A DNA stretch of 64,000 nucleotides from Eledone cirrhosa (lineage: Eukaryota): the NCBI GenBank assembly GCA_964016885.1, contig OZ024746.1, forward strand, positions 53,258,001 to 53,322,000, read 5' to 3'. Below are positions 14,171 to 28,610 of the stretch, in pieces (positions within the stretch are counted from its first letter, which is position 1; the number at the start of each line of letters is the position of its first letter). The position numbers and the translations under genes are program-made. The notes under the pieces were generated by a model, which worked only from the letters and a program-made list of their open reading frames with translations, was not told the origin of the DNA and searched no databases.

Positions 14171-14604
14171 CATCACCATCACCGTTTTACGTCCATTCTT
14201 CCACGCATGGGTTAGACGGGTTGCCCCGTTGTGGGCAGTGTCCGGTCGGCTGACCTTGTCTTGCTCATACAGGAACTGACTCTGGCTTGATTTCTACAGC
14301 TGGATGCCCTTCCTAACACCAACCTCATTTACAGTGAGTGCTGGGTGCTTTTTTCCCATGGCGCCTACACGTCCACTTTACAGTTTGGGCTGGGTGCTTT
14401 TTTGCCGTGGCACCTCCATGAGCACTTTGCAGTGGAATGATAGGGACCCCAGTCCTATCATCTCATTTCTACAGCTGAGTAAACTGGAGCAATGTGAAAT
14501 AAAGTGTTTTGCTCAAGGAAACAACACATCACCCGGTCTGAGAATTGAACTCACAACCTTTCGATTGCAAGCCCAATGCTCTAACCACTAAGCCATGCAC
14601 CTTC
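14171..14604 (-). mobile_element. tRNA-derived SINE inserted in a TTAA MITE
   Basis: Similar to 42287-42635. Interrupts the MITE at 14127-14745. Confidence 0.8.
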
Positions 14605-16428
14605 ATATTTATATTAAAGTATTCTCAAAATAAATAATATCAAAATCTCATAGATTCAATATTATGCAAAATAATTATATGAGGTAAAGCCTTTACCATG
14701 AAAATACAATGGTAAATATAGAGTAATGTAAATGCTAAAGGGTTAAATTTTCATTTCAAATCCTCCTGAGGTCAACTTTGCCTTTCATTCTCTGACATAA
14801 AATAAAGTATCGGTTTCATACTGGGGTCGATTTAATTGACTTTTCTCCGCCCCTAAAACTGCTGGCTGTGCTCCTAAATTAGAAGTAGACTGGTTAATTT
14901 AAGGAGGAGAGGGGTGCCCTCGAAACATAGGGTGGTTCAGGATTGATGGGGTACCTGAGTCGCCCCTGGGTGGTTCACTCCCCCTATTGGGGAATTTATT
15001 TTGTTACTTTTATACATATTTTATTTTTATATTATTTTTTCTCTATTAAATTAGTTTTATTATTGTGCATTTTTACTCAATCTTCTTGTAAACCCCACAC
15101 TGTCCCTGTCTTTAAATTGTCCCAACATGTCGGCCCTTGTGGCCAATAAATGAAATCATTATTATTAATAACATGAAAAGGAAGGGAGGGTGGATTGGAG
15201 GTACTGGCCTTGTGCTTGTCCCTTTATGATCTGAATTCAAATCCCGCCGAGGTTAACTTTGCCTTTCATCCTTACGGCATCGATAAAATAAAGTACCAGT
15301 AATGCACTGAGATAATTGCTGGCCTTGTGCCAAAAGTAGAAACAATTATTATTAACATGAAAAAGAAGGGAGGGTGGATGGGAGGTACTCTTTTCCAGTA
15401 AATTTACCAACAATTTTGAGAGTGAATTAATCTACCCTCAGCTTGTGCCTGTAGGTGGAATATGAGAGTTGGGAGAAGGCACTCACATGTAGTGTTCAGG
15501 GTGATTGTGGATCTGTAGGGTTCTTTAGGCTAAATAGGTATTCAGCTCAGTATCAGGACTAAATGCCTTATATAATTGTATATATGCATTCCTAACTTAT
15601 ATGTTTTATATACTTATCCATTTTCTTCATTTCTATGTAAACCCCCTTCTTCATGTAGTAGCTTGTCTTTGTAATGTCTCTTTCATCTGATGGCCTTGTG
15701 GCAAATGACACTATCATTATTATTATTATTATTATTGTCGTTGTTGTTGTTGCTGTTGTTGTTGTTGTTGTTGTTACCATGTTCGTCCATTGTGGTCCAG
15801 ATTGGCAGTTGTCTAACAAGGCCACAGTGATACAATGCTGCAGTAGTACAAAATAAGTGAACTGACTGCAGACTTGCAGCACTGTAGTTGGTGGGAAGGG
15901 GGTTGTCAATAGCAACCGAACTGCATTCAAGGTGTGTATTATAGTGAATTTAGGACAACCAACTGGTGATTATAGTGGTGGTGGTGGTAGGGGATGATAT
16001 GTAATGTTGATGATGATGGTATGTTATGCTGATATGGTAGTGGTAGTTTAGTGGTGGTGGTGTGTATGCATGTGGCAGTGCATGTGAGTGTTTATATGGT
16101 AATGGGTGTCTTTTATTGATGTAAACTTTGGTTGAGAGCAGACACATGATCAAAGGTAATCCAGTTATGACTATCTCTTTTTCCTATGTATAGTGAACCT
16201 GGGACAACAATATCCAACATCACCTTTAAGATGATAGAATGTGATTTGAGAGTTGACTGCTATTTCTAGCAAGTCGAGCATCCAGTGGTTATAGACTTGT
16301 TGTGTTTGTGGGTGCGACTGTAGTAGTAGTGTGTGTATGTTTGTGAGGTGATATGTGTGTGGTGGCATGTTGGTGCGTTGTGCATACATGATATTTGTAT
16401 AGGAGTACTGGTGTATATGTATTATCAT

Positions 16429-16656
16429 TTAACCCTTGTTACCAAAATACCTGAAACCACACCTGGTTCTACAATAGAAAGCTGTTTACTTTAAAGTGTT
16501 GATATTTATCTTAAACCTTTCATCATAATTATATGTTTATGTTCTTCCAAACACACCAACTTTGTTATCAGAAAGTTTATATATTAGAAAATCCCTGCAA
16601 ATCCTTTATATTTTGGATGTATACATCACCAGCAATATGGTAACATAAGGGTTTAA
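16429..16656. mobile_element. Older TTAA-flanked MITE (second piggyBac-like family)
   Basis: TTAACCCTTGTTACCA...TGGTAACATAAGGGTTTAA. Diverged relatives near 32508-32770, 39780-40010 and 46730-46950. Confidence 0.55.
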
Positions 16657-17335
16657 GTGTAAATGTCTATTTGTGTGTTTGTAATATTTAAAAAATATGT
16701 TTATCAGAGGCAATAACATATACAGTATCTATATGTTTCTCTCCCCCAAACTGAGGTCTTAACATACATTAACATAGACACACAATATATCTGATATCAC
16801 CTGATATAGAACTGTTTATGTACTATTGTTTTTACATGCAGCTCTAACCTGTGCCAAAGATATTGTGCAGTATGATGAAAACTAGGAAAGAACTAAAGTA
16901 CTATGTTGTTATTATAGCTCACACCTGTGTAGGTTTAGCTGGTATCCTGCGAATGATGTCATAGGAAGTTTCTCTGACATTTTAATGATAGGGGCCCTAG
17001 GCCTATCCCACCTTGGACCAGATGCCAGTTTATTGCAGGAGGTTAGCCCCAGTTACTAGTGCTGGTACATATTTATTTTCCAGTTGAGTGAACTGGAGCA
17101 GCATGAATTGAAGCTCAAGGACACAATGTACCATTTGGTCAAAGAATTTAACAGACAACCTTATGATTGTGAGTCTAACATCCTAACCACTAGGCCATGT
17201 GCCTGCACTCATTACTGTTTTGAAACTATGTTCTACCAAACTGGAACACATCCAGCCCCCATACCAACCCACCTACCTACCTACCTACCTTCTCAGCTAT
17301 GAGGGCCACAAAAGAGGAAAATTAGGTTCACTTAC

Positions 17336-17423
17336 CATAGGCACCCCGTGTCAGCCCTCGCCCTCTTGCTGCCAATGTGGTTGGTAACATCACTTCTTTC
17401 GGTTGCGCTTTCTTACACTCGAC
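17336..17423 (-). CDS. MSI: Musashi exon (end of RRM2 and linker)
   Basis: 88 nt, phase 0-1. Translates VECKKAQPKEVMLPTTLAARGRGLTRGAY+G. Acceptor ttctAG and donor GTAAGT. Confidence 0.96.
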
Positions 17424-18447
17424 CTAGAAAGAAGAGACAAAAGACAATGAGTAATGACACATGGAGTAAACAAACAAATTAATTACTCTTGGCTTTCGAT
17501 TAATACACCCACACCCCACCTGCTTATCAATTTTCCAGGTCCTCCCCCCACTTATCAAATATTGCTTCTCTATCTCCAGTAAAATTTTCTTTTATGTGGT
17601 AGCATTCCTACATTAATTTTCTTTAGATATAAAAAATATTGTACATGACAAAAAAAGTATATTAACCCTTTAACATTTACATTACTCTCTATATACTATT
17701 ATTTTTTGTGGTGAAGGCTTTATCTTACATAATTATCTCACATAATATCGAATTTGAGATTTTGATATTATTTACTTTGAGAACAATACCTTAACGTCAG
17801 TAGGAGTGGCTGGTTACAACCAGTTTGAACAGAAAGAGGTGAGAGAATTCTGTCTGGATATGGCCGGTTTAAAGGGTTAATAGAAATCCCATGTTATAAA
17901 ATAAATAGGTTGGGTTGGAGATCTCAATATGTAAACTAAACAACTAGTTCTGGTTTTTAAAAAAATCAACGCAGACAACCTAGAAAAATTACCGATTTTC
18001 CAGTCTTCCCACTCCATTATTTAGACCCTGATTGCAGTTATAATTTATTAACCTTTTAACTTAGCATCTTGTCTTTAGCTAGTAGTATACATTATTATGA
18101 AACTATACAGTATTAGAGAATGAATATTTTTAATGTGCTGTAGCTATAGTGCTGTTTGCTAATTCAAATGTTTATACTACAAACCATTATGAAAATTTGC
18201 AGCATTAGATGACAGAATTTTCAACCTTTAGCATGCTAGAAATTTTTATGGATTGCTTCCCTTGACACTGCATTATGTATTAAGGGGGCAATTACTCTAT
18301 TGGCAACATAATGAGCCTATAGCATCCAGAAGGTTAATATAATGCATTCGCTGTGCTGTTTTGTACTTTTCAAGAAAATCTTGTTAATGCAGTTTCATGT
18401 GGTACAGAATATTGAGAATTAAACACTAACAGCACCAAAGCTGCCTC

Positions 18448-18831
18448 TTAACCCTTTAGTATTTACATTACTTTATATTTACTATGGTATTTTCACAGTA
18501 AAAGCTTTATCTCACATAATCTTGAATCTATGAGATTTTGATATTTATTTTGAGAACAATACCTTACTTAATGCCAGTATGAGGGGCCAGTTACAGCCGG
18601 TTTGAACAGAAAGAGGTGAGAGAATTCTGGAATTTAACCCTTTAGCATTTAAACCAGCCATATCTGGCCAGAATTCTCACCTCCTTCGGTTCAAACTGGC
18701 CAAAACCAGCCGCTCATTTCTCTCAAAATAAATAATATAAAAATCTTGTAGATTCGATATTATGTAAAATAAAGTGTTTACTGTGAAAATACAATAGTAA
18801 ATATAGAGCAATGTAAATGCTAAAGGGTTAA
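18448..18831. mobile_element. Two piggyBac-type MITE copies in inverted orientation
   Basis: A minus copy (18448-18630) abuts a plus copy (18634-18831). TTAA and CCC/GGG termini. Confidence 0.85.
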
Positions 18832-19999
18832 AGTGTTCAAATTTAAATTCAAATCCAATTGAAATCTCATTATTATTACATGACAGATACTAGATTTCAG
18901 TAGTTACATCTTTAATTATTTATCTAGTTATTCTCATTAAGTTGTAAGTTTATAATTTCACAAAATCTCTTATAATTCTTGATTCTTCTGATAATCAAAA
19001 CAGAAAGACTGAAATCTTGTTAGGAATATAATTACAAAGAGTTTTTAAAAAACGCTATTTTTCATCAATGAAATTTACAAAAGAAAAAAATATATTGTTG
19101 TTATTTTGCATGGCATCAAACTTCATGGTTGCTCTAAAATGTTTTTTAAGACAACTTTATGTTGACAAGGCAGCATAAAGTGTGATGTTTATAATATGTT
19201 ATGTTAGACATATTCTTTTACTGGTTTCAGTCATTAGACTGCTGCCATGCTGGACACTGCTTTAACCCATTAGCATTTAAACTGGCCATATTCAGCCAGA
19301 ATTCTCTCACCCTTTTTCTGTTCAGACCAGCTGCTCACACTTATGTTAAGGTATTGTTCTCTAAATAAATAATATCAAAATCTCATAGATTCGATATTAT
19401 GTGAGATAATTATGTGATATAAAGTGTTTACCATGAAAATAGAATAGTAAATATTGAGCAATGTAAATGCTAAAGAGTTATGGCATCTTTATGTTGACAA
19501 GGTAGCATAAAGCTTTTACTGTAAAGTGGTCATGTAAGTGTCATGACAAAAAGCATCCAGCCTACACTGTACTGTAAAGTGGTCGTGTAGGAGACATGCC
19601 AAAAAAAAAAATCACCCAGCACACTATGTAAATGTGGTTGACGTTAGGAAGGGCATCCAGCTGTAGAAATAGAGCCAGAAACAGTCCTATATGAGCAAGA
19701 CACAGTCACCTGGCCCAACTTAGCTCTAATGGGACAAACCCATCTAAACCATGCTAGCGTGGAAATGGTGATGTTTCAGTCATTAGACTGCTGTCTTGTT
19801 GGGCCCTGCTTTATAGAGATTTAGTCAATCATATCAACCCTAGTTCTTATTTTTCCAAGTCTCGTAATTATTTTATCTATCTCTTTTTGTCAAACCAGTA
19901 AGCCACACATACACATACATACAATGAATAACCTGGTACCTCCACTGGAGAGCCAGCAGTAGTTGCAACAACAACAACAACATCAATGGATTTACTTAC

Positions 20000-20082
20000 C
20001 ATTTTTTTGTTAATTTCATGAAAATGTATCTCGCAGACCTTATCAACAACATCTTCACTTTCAAAAGTTACGAAACCAAAAC
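20000..20082 (-). CDS. MSI: Musashi exon (RRM2 RNP1 motif)
   Basis: 83 nt, phase 1-0. Translates (G)[27 protein letters not shown]. Long pyrimidine tract with ccAG acceptor and GTAAGT donor. Confidence 0.97.
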
Positions 20083-20269
20083 CTGGATAGAGGAGAAAGA
20101 AAGAGTGAGAAGAGAAAGGGGAGTGAAGAAGAAGAAGAAAAAGATATGTTTAATAAGGCATAATAAAAAGTAAACAATAACAAAAATTTAACAATAATCA
20201 AGAAATACTTCATATGTAAATTTTGTAAACAAAGTCAAACAACTTTTTAATCTGGGGCAGATTATAAAT

Positions 20270-20782
20270 AATTGCTTCTACTTTTGGCACAAGGCCAGCA
20301 ATTATCCAGTGTATTACTGGTACTTTATTTTATCGACCCCATAAGGATGAAAGGCAAAGTTAACCTCGGCGGGATTTGAACTCAGACCGTAAAGGGACGT
20401 AACTATGCTTCAAAGCATGGTGTCCGACTAGCGATACTGCCAATAAATAATGGTTTCTACTTATGGCACAAGGCCAGTGGTTTCAGGGAAAGGAAAGTCG
20501 ATTAAATCGACCCCATGGCATTACTGGTGCTTTATTTTAATCGACCCTGTAAGGATGATAGGCAAAGCCAACCTCAGCAGAATTTGAACTCAGAATGTAA
20601 AGGGCCGTAACTATGCTGCAATGCAAGATGTCCGGCGCTCTACCGATTCTGCCAATGCAATAATAATAATTGTTTCTACTTTTGGCACAAGGCCAGCAAT
20701 TATTCCACTGTATCGACCCCGTAAGAAAGGGCCGTAACTATGCTTATCTGATGTCCTACTGGTTTTGCCAATCCGCTGCCCT
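20270..20782 (-). mobile_element. Three tandem Meta-like SINE copies
   Basis: Same family, minus orientation, about 190 nt from the 20082 splice acceptor. Confidence 0.75.
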
Positions 20783-22339
20783 AGGGCTGGTTATAATTAA
20801 TGATAAGAGGTAGGGCAGTTAATTTAATAAGTAAATATAGATAGCTTTATAAATATAGATAACTGCATGCATACACACACAGTACATAGTCGGGATTGGC
20901 CCTACTATTTAGGTCAACTAAGCTGAAGTGGGGCATTTTACAGAACCTTAAAGAATTAACTTTATATGAATATATATATATAATTGCTTGCATTCAATGA
21001 ATAAGTTGCTGAATATCTTTGCCACATAATAATACTGTAGAAATACCCCAAAGTGGTGGAGAGGTCTGTATGGTGTTTGACCTGTCTTATGATTTGATGT
21101 GGGTGAATGTGGATTATGTAGGGGAAACTGCAGGCTTACTAACTGTTTCAGTGTAGCCAGAACATGAATTGTTGAAAACTAGGTTTGTGAGCTCACCAAG
21201 GTTGAAATTAACTTTGAGATAATGGAGTTTATAACTGAAGGAATGGAGCACACATGTAGGTCTAATTTTGAGTACTAAATACCCAGGTGCCAGTCTAGCA
21301 TGTGGTTGTGGTTTGGACCCAGGTCATCCCTGATTGAGCAAGAGTTGCAATGAAATACATTGCAGCTGTAGCCATCTTGTCCTTTTAGAAGTATATAGTA
21401 CAACATTATCATTTAATAAGTCTTTTTCTTACTTAAAACAGTAGGATAGAATTTCAGAGTGATTTGGTTGCCAAGTTAGGAGTTGAATCTGGCACTCCAT
21501 GTTAAAGCATTTGTCACCCCCACCCAACTTGTCCTCTATACACACATTGCCATATCAAGGCAAACCTCCACAAAAAGCCTCCACCATACTGACAAACAAC
21601 AACACTATTAGCCTGATTTTAAGATAAAGCTATTAAAGGTGAAAATACAACAGCTAGTCGGGCAGGGGGTTATGGAGAAGAATACACATTAATCTTATTT
21701 CACCCTAAGATAATCATGTATATATATGATGCTCACTATCACCTCTGCAATAATTACAACCACCACTACTACCATTGCAATGACACTTCTATTACTACTA
21801 CTATCATCATCACCACCATTGCAACTTCACACACAGCAATGCTACTGGTGGTAGTGATAGTAATAGCTGTTGCTACAGCCCACACCTATATAGGGTTAGC
21901 TGAAGTTGAATCTCACAGGAGGTTTCTGGTAGTGTTATAAGGGTCACAGGACTACCAAGAAAATACAACAATCCATCTCTTGATAAGATGCCAGTCCGTT
22001 GCAGGGTTAATATTCCCCAAGTGGAGTGTCTTGCTCAAGGATATGATGATAGTAGTAGTAGTAGTAGTAGTAGTAATGACAGTCATAGGAGGAATATTCA
22101 TGTTGGTGCTGGAAGTAGTAGTAACCACAATAGTGACTACAGTAAATCACTGTACATAAATATAAAACCTTGGTTTAATCCTTAGTTTAATGAAGACACA
22201 CTACTTCTACTACTACCACCACCACTACCACTACTTATCCTTGATCCCAAGATTATTACAACTAATCCTCAAATTGCTAATGCTGCTGCTATCAGTGGTT
22301 TAATTATACTACTACTTCCATGTCTCTCAAATGTACACA

Positions 22340-24280
22340 GCAACACTACCACCAATCTTACAGCACCACAACCACCAATACTACAGCAGCACTACCACCA
22401 ATACAACACCACTACCACCAATACTACAGCACCACAACCACCAATACTACAGCACCACAACGACCAATACTACAGCACAACAACCACCAATACTACAGCA
22501 CAACAACCACCAATACTACAGCACCACTGCCACCAATCCTACAGCAGCACTACCACCAATACAACACCACTACCACCAATACTACAGCACCACAACCACC
22601 AATACTACAGCACCACAACGACCAATACTACAGCACCACAACGACCAATACTACAGCACAACAACCACCAATACTACAGCACCACTGCCACCAATACTAC
22701 AGCACCACTACCACCAATACTACAGCACCACAACCACCAATACTACAGCACCACAACGACCAATACTACAGCACCACAACAACCAATACTACAGCACCAC
22801 AACCACCAATACTACAGCACCACAACCACCAATACTACAGCACCACAACCACCAATACTACAGCACCACAACCACCAATACTACAGCACCACAACCACCA
22901 ATACTACAGCACCACAACCACCAATACTACAGCACCACAACCACTAATACTACAGCACCACAACCACTAATACTACAGCACAACTACCACCAATACTACA
23001 GCACCACAACCACCAATACTACAGCACCACAACCACCAATACTACAGCACCACAACCACCAATACTACAGCACAACTACCACCAATACTACAGCACCACA
23101 ACCACCAATACTACAACACCACTACCACCAATACAGCACCACTACCACCAATACTACAGCACCACAACCACCAATACTACAGCACCACAACCACCAATAC
23201 TACAGCACCACAACCACCAATACTACAGCACAACTACCACCAATACTACAGCACCACAACCACCAATACTACAGCACCACAACCACTAATACTACAGCAC
23301 AACTACCACCAATACTACAGCACCACAACCACCAATACTACAGCACCACAACCACCAATACTACAGCACCACAACCACTAATACTACAGCACAACTACCA
23401 CCAATACTACAGCACCACAACCACCAATACTACAGCACCACAACCACCAATACTACAGCACAACTACCACCAATACTACAGCACCACAACCACCAATACT
23501 ACAACACCACTACCACCAATACGGCACCACTACCACCAATACTACAGCACCACAACCACCAATACTACAGCACCACAACCACCAATACTACAGCACCACA
23601 ACCACCAATACAGCACCACAACCACCAATACTACAGCACCACAACCACCAATACTACAACACCACTACCACCAATACAGCACCACTACCACCAATACTAC
23701 AGCACCACAACCACCAATACTACAGCACCACAACCACCAATACTACAGCACCACAACCACCAATACTACAGCACCACAACCACCAATACTACAGCACCAC
23801 AACCACCAATACTACAACACCACTACCACCAATACAGCACCACTACCACCAATACTACAGCACCACAACCACCAATACTACAGCACCACAACCACCAATA
23901 CTACAGCACCACAACCACCAATACTACAGCACCACAACCACCAATACTACAGCACAACTACCACCAATACTACAGCACCACAACCACCAATACTACAACA
24001 CCACTACCACCAATACTACAGCACCACAACCACCAATACTACAGCACCACAACCACCAATATTACAGCAGCATTATCACCAATACTACTGCACCACAACC
24101 ACCAATACTACTGCACCACTACCACCAATACTACTGCACCACTACCACCAATACTACAGCACCACACCACCAATACTACAGAAACCACTACTACCAATAC
24201 TACAGTACCACAACCACCAATACTACAGCACCACTACCACCAATACTACAGCACCACAACCACCAATACTACAGCATCAC
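22340..24280. repeat. 23-bp minisatellite (CCACCAATACTACAGCACCACAA)n, ~84 units
   Basis: Direct tandem array with some 20-bp variants. Source of the 663-aa pseudo-ORF. Confidence 0.95.
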
Positions 24281-24499
24281 AATGTAGTGGAATACTCAGC
24301 CACTCACACTATGGATCAATGAATAGACTGTTCCATTGACTGGACAACTGGAACAGCTATCTTCAAAGCTGATAGAGAAGGTACATGGCCTAGTGGAGAA
24401 GGTGTTATGATCATAAGGCTGAGGGTTCAATTCCTGGAATAGTTAGTGCATTATATATTCTTGAGCAAGATTAATTTCCCATTACCTTTCATGAGAGGG

Positions 24500-24635
24500 C
24501 TGGGGGCTATCACTATAACATGGGAGGCCAGGTAGTAAACATGAGAAGACTGGGGACTATCACTATAACATGGGAGGCCAGGTAAACATGAGAAGACTAG
24601 GAACTTTCACTAAAACATGGGAGGCCAGGTAAACA
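24500..24635. repeat. Three ~45-bp tandem repeats
   Basis: CTATCACTATAACATGGGAGGCCAGGTAAACATGAGAAGACT x3. Confidence 0.85.
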
Positions 24636-24908
24636 TACATAAGTATCAGATATAAATTGCATTTATTTTTTTTAAAGGTTGCTTATTTGCAATCAGGAGG
24701 TTGATGACCATCTAGAGGAATAGATCACACAAATTATACTGTTTTTTTCCAATGTATTTGTTTCAGCAAAGAATATGAATGAATATAATATATAATATTA
24801 CCATCAGAGAAACAAAGAGATTACAGATCAGATATTTCTGAAGTAGTTTAGTTTCTAAAATTTGCTTGGTCCTGCCCGTCCCTTCAAACTTTCTAATTTT
24901 TTGTTCTT

Positions 24909-24944
24909 TCTTCTGATGAAGGACTAGCACCTGAAACATTAAGA
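24909..24944 (+). ncRNA. Decayed hammerhead motif, same family as 5388
   Basis: TCTT-CTGATGA-A-GGAC-TAGC-ACCT-GAAA-CA-TT-AAGA. Differences from the 5388 copy are mostly CpG transitions. Confidence 0.5.
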
Positions 24945-25237
24945 CCCTTTTCCTGCTATTTCAAGCGTTAACGTAATATATTCCTTCCATATACTGTACC
25001 GATTGTGTTGTCATTTCTGTTTACCTTTTACATATATATAAATGTGCTTGTGTGTGTACACATATTTAGCGTTGACAGTCGTCAGAATGAATACCCAAAC
25101 AATATACCAGAGATTGATATACATTAAGGACAAGTTCTATTAGTCTGGTATTCCACATGAGTCACCAGACAAGGCTTGTCCAATGACCTTGTGAATACCA
25201 CCCTGAGTAACCTTTGACTAGCTTATACACAAATGAA

Positions 25238-25285
<48 letters not shown>

Positions 25286-25626
25286 TTACATATATATATA
25301 TATATGTATTTACATATATATGCACATATATGTATGTACATATATATATACTATATATATATTTACATATATATGCACATATGTATGTACATATATATGC
25401 ACATATGTATGTACTTATATATATTTATATCATCATCATCATTTAACGTCCATTTTCCACGCTAGCATGGGTCTGTATATACATACATACACACACCAAC
25501 GCAGACACATATACCATGCAAGCATAGAAAAGCAGATGATCTTTAACAAATTGCTCTCCCAAATATATGTGAAAAACTATACATGAGTATAAGACATGAA
25601 TTATGTAATGTGTATATGTATATATT

Positions 25627-25934
<308 letters not shown>

Positions 25935-26269
25935 ATTCATGTCTTATACTCACGTATAGTTTTTCACATATATTTGAGAGAGCAATTTGTTAAAGATCAC
26001 CTGCTTTTCTATGCTTGCATGGTATATGTGTCTGCGTTGGTGTGTGTATGTCCATCAATAATACCCATATATATGTGTGTGTGTGTGTAACCGATCTTAG
26101 TGTGTAAAATGGATGTAGAACGACGATAAGGATAATATATAGCAATAATAATAAATGTGAAGACTAAAATCCAAAGAGGGCTCGATAAGGATAATATATA
26201 TATCAAAATATAGAGCAAATATTTGAATAAATAACAGATTAAAGTTTAAGCAAAGAATCACTGCTTTCA

Positions 26270-26354
<85 letters not shown>

Positions 26355-26546
26355 GCCCTCTTCGGATTTTAGTCTTCACATTTATTATTATTGCTATATA
26401 TTATCCTCATCGTCGTTCTACGTCCATTTTACACACTAGCATCAGTTACACACACACACACATATATATATGGGTATTATTGATGGACACAAGAAATAGT
26501 ACTCAATACTAACAAAGTTTATATATATGTTAAGTCTATGTGGTGA

Positions 26547-26598
26547 GTCTTGTTACCCTGGGGTTTCAACTGTGCACTTGTAGGCTCATCAGGCAAGA
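26547..26598 (-). ncRNA. Type I hammerhead ribozyme motif (partly degenerate)
   Basis: Minus strand: TCTTG-C-CTGATGA-GCCT...AGTT-GAAA-CCC-CA-GGG-TA-A-CAAGA. Stem I TCTTG/CAAGA, GUA site, weak stem II. Confidence 0.6.
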
Positions 26599-27180
26599 TT
26601 AAACTTTCAATAACAGAGACAGTATTAATTGGGGAAGACTCAAGGAAGGCTTTGGATAGGTGTTTTTAAATGGGTCTGCCAGCAAAGAGTAAAGGAAGCT
26701 ATGATAAGGAAAAGGCAAAAAAAAAAAAGAAACTCTAAGAGAAATAAGGTAAGTGTGGACAAGGTAAGTGTGATGGTGATCAAAGTGTGATGAATTACTT
26801 GGGAACGCAGGAATTAAAGAAAATGTAGAATGGTAATGACCTTTGTATTGTAGTAGTGAATGGAGTTAATGAAATCAAATTTAATGCTTGTCTGATGATC
26901 TGTGAAGTACAAAGCTCACCTCCCAGGTGGGCTTCTCAGATGTCTGTATCTCACATTTCCCGCACTCAACCAAATGCTTAAATAGACTAGGGGCTCACAC
27001 TGCACTTACAAACATTCCAACACTAAACCAAATACATTTTATTGTGGCACCAAATAAGAGGGAGGTTGTCATGTGTTTGACATAGCTAAAGAGTCCTTTA
27101 CAACTCTTTGTTTTGGCAGGTATGTATGTGTACATGCATTCACATATAAACTGTATATATATATATATCGTGTGTATATT

Positions 27181-27211
<31 letters not shown>

Positions 27212-27674
27212 TGCAATGACACGTGTATAAAATTATGAGAATAAAAGCATAAAAGAAAAAGACAATTTTAGCAACTAAAAAAAAAATCAACAAAATCAAC
27301 AACAATAAACATTATAATGAACAACAACAACAACATCATCATCATCATCATATCGTTGTGACTAGCAATGACTACTAGCAAACAAACCAAACTATATTTT
27401 AAGTTAATATTAGTAAATATAAGCTCTGAAGTACATTTGTAAGCAATTATATATACTGAGGATTTTGTTAGTAGCTTGAGAGGAGAGGGTCAAATAGAAA
27501 GATGGGTAGATAGATGAAAAAAATATATATGAGAAGTAAAGCATGCACAGTTTTAGTTGTATGTATATATATATATATATATGCATACATATCATATATA
27601 CACATATATATATCATATGCACATATATACAGATAAATATATATGCATACACATATATATATATATGCATACAG

Positions 27675-27744
<70 letters not shown>

Positions 27745-27761
27745 TGATATATGCATACACA

Positions 27762-27802
<41 letters not shown>

Positions 27803-28299
27803 TATGCACATATATACAGGTATAATATATGCATACATACATTAATATATAATTATATATATATATCATATGCACATATATACAGGTATAATATATGCAT
27901 ACATATAAATATTTAGGGATTTGGGTTGGGGTTTGTTTTATAGCAGAAGCTTCCAAAAATTGAAGGCTAATTAATAGACTACAGTAACACTATATATCTA
28001 GTTTATCTATCTATCTATCTAGCTATCTGAGAGAGATAGATGGAGAAAGATGGAGAAAGACAGAGTGAAAGAGAAATAGCTTACAACAACTACAACTACT
28101 ACTACTGCTAAATTTGACAGGGAGGACCAGCCAATCAGAAACTGCCACTAGGAGGCCAGCTCCTCTAGAATATGTGTGTGTGTGTGTAAATATATATATA
28201 TATTATATATATAATATATTATATATATAATATATATAATATATATATATATATATATAATATATATATAATATATATAGATTATATATATTAACACAT

Positions 28300-28379
28300 A
28301 CACACTTCAACAGCTTTCTAATAAATATTTCCTGTACAGGTAATCAATGTGTACACATTTTTGGGGGACAACCTGTGTG

Positions 28380-28438
<59 letters not shown>

Positions 28439-28540
28439 GGTTTTACCCCCAAAAATGTGTACATATTTTGATTACCTGTACAGGAAATCTTTATTAGAAA
28501 GCTGTTGAAGTGTGTATACATTTTTGGAGACACCCTGTGT
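28300..28540. mobile_element. Two ~100-bp Tc1/mariner-type MITEs facing each other across (TA)n
   Basis: CAGGG...CACCCTG termini in TA context. A third copy lies at about 8000-8100. Confidence 0.65.
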
Positions 28541-28567
28541 ATATAAATATACACACACACACATATA

Positions 28568-28610
<43 letters not shown>

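Noticed and set aside
22331-24322. 663-aa mucin-like ORF
   Set aside because: It is the translation of a 23-bp minisatellite cycling through three frames, antisense within an intron.
26886-26915. GCTTGT-CTGATGA-TCTGT-GAAG-TAC-AAAGC
   Set aside because: Lacks GAAA and a UH site; too degenerate to call.
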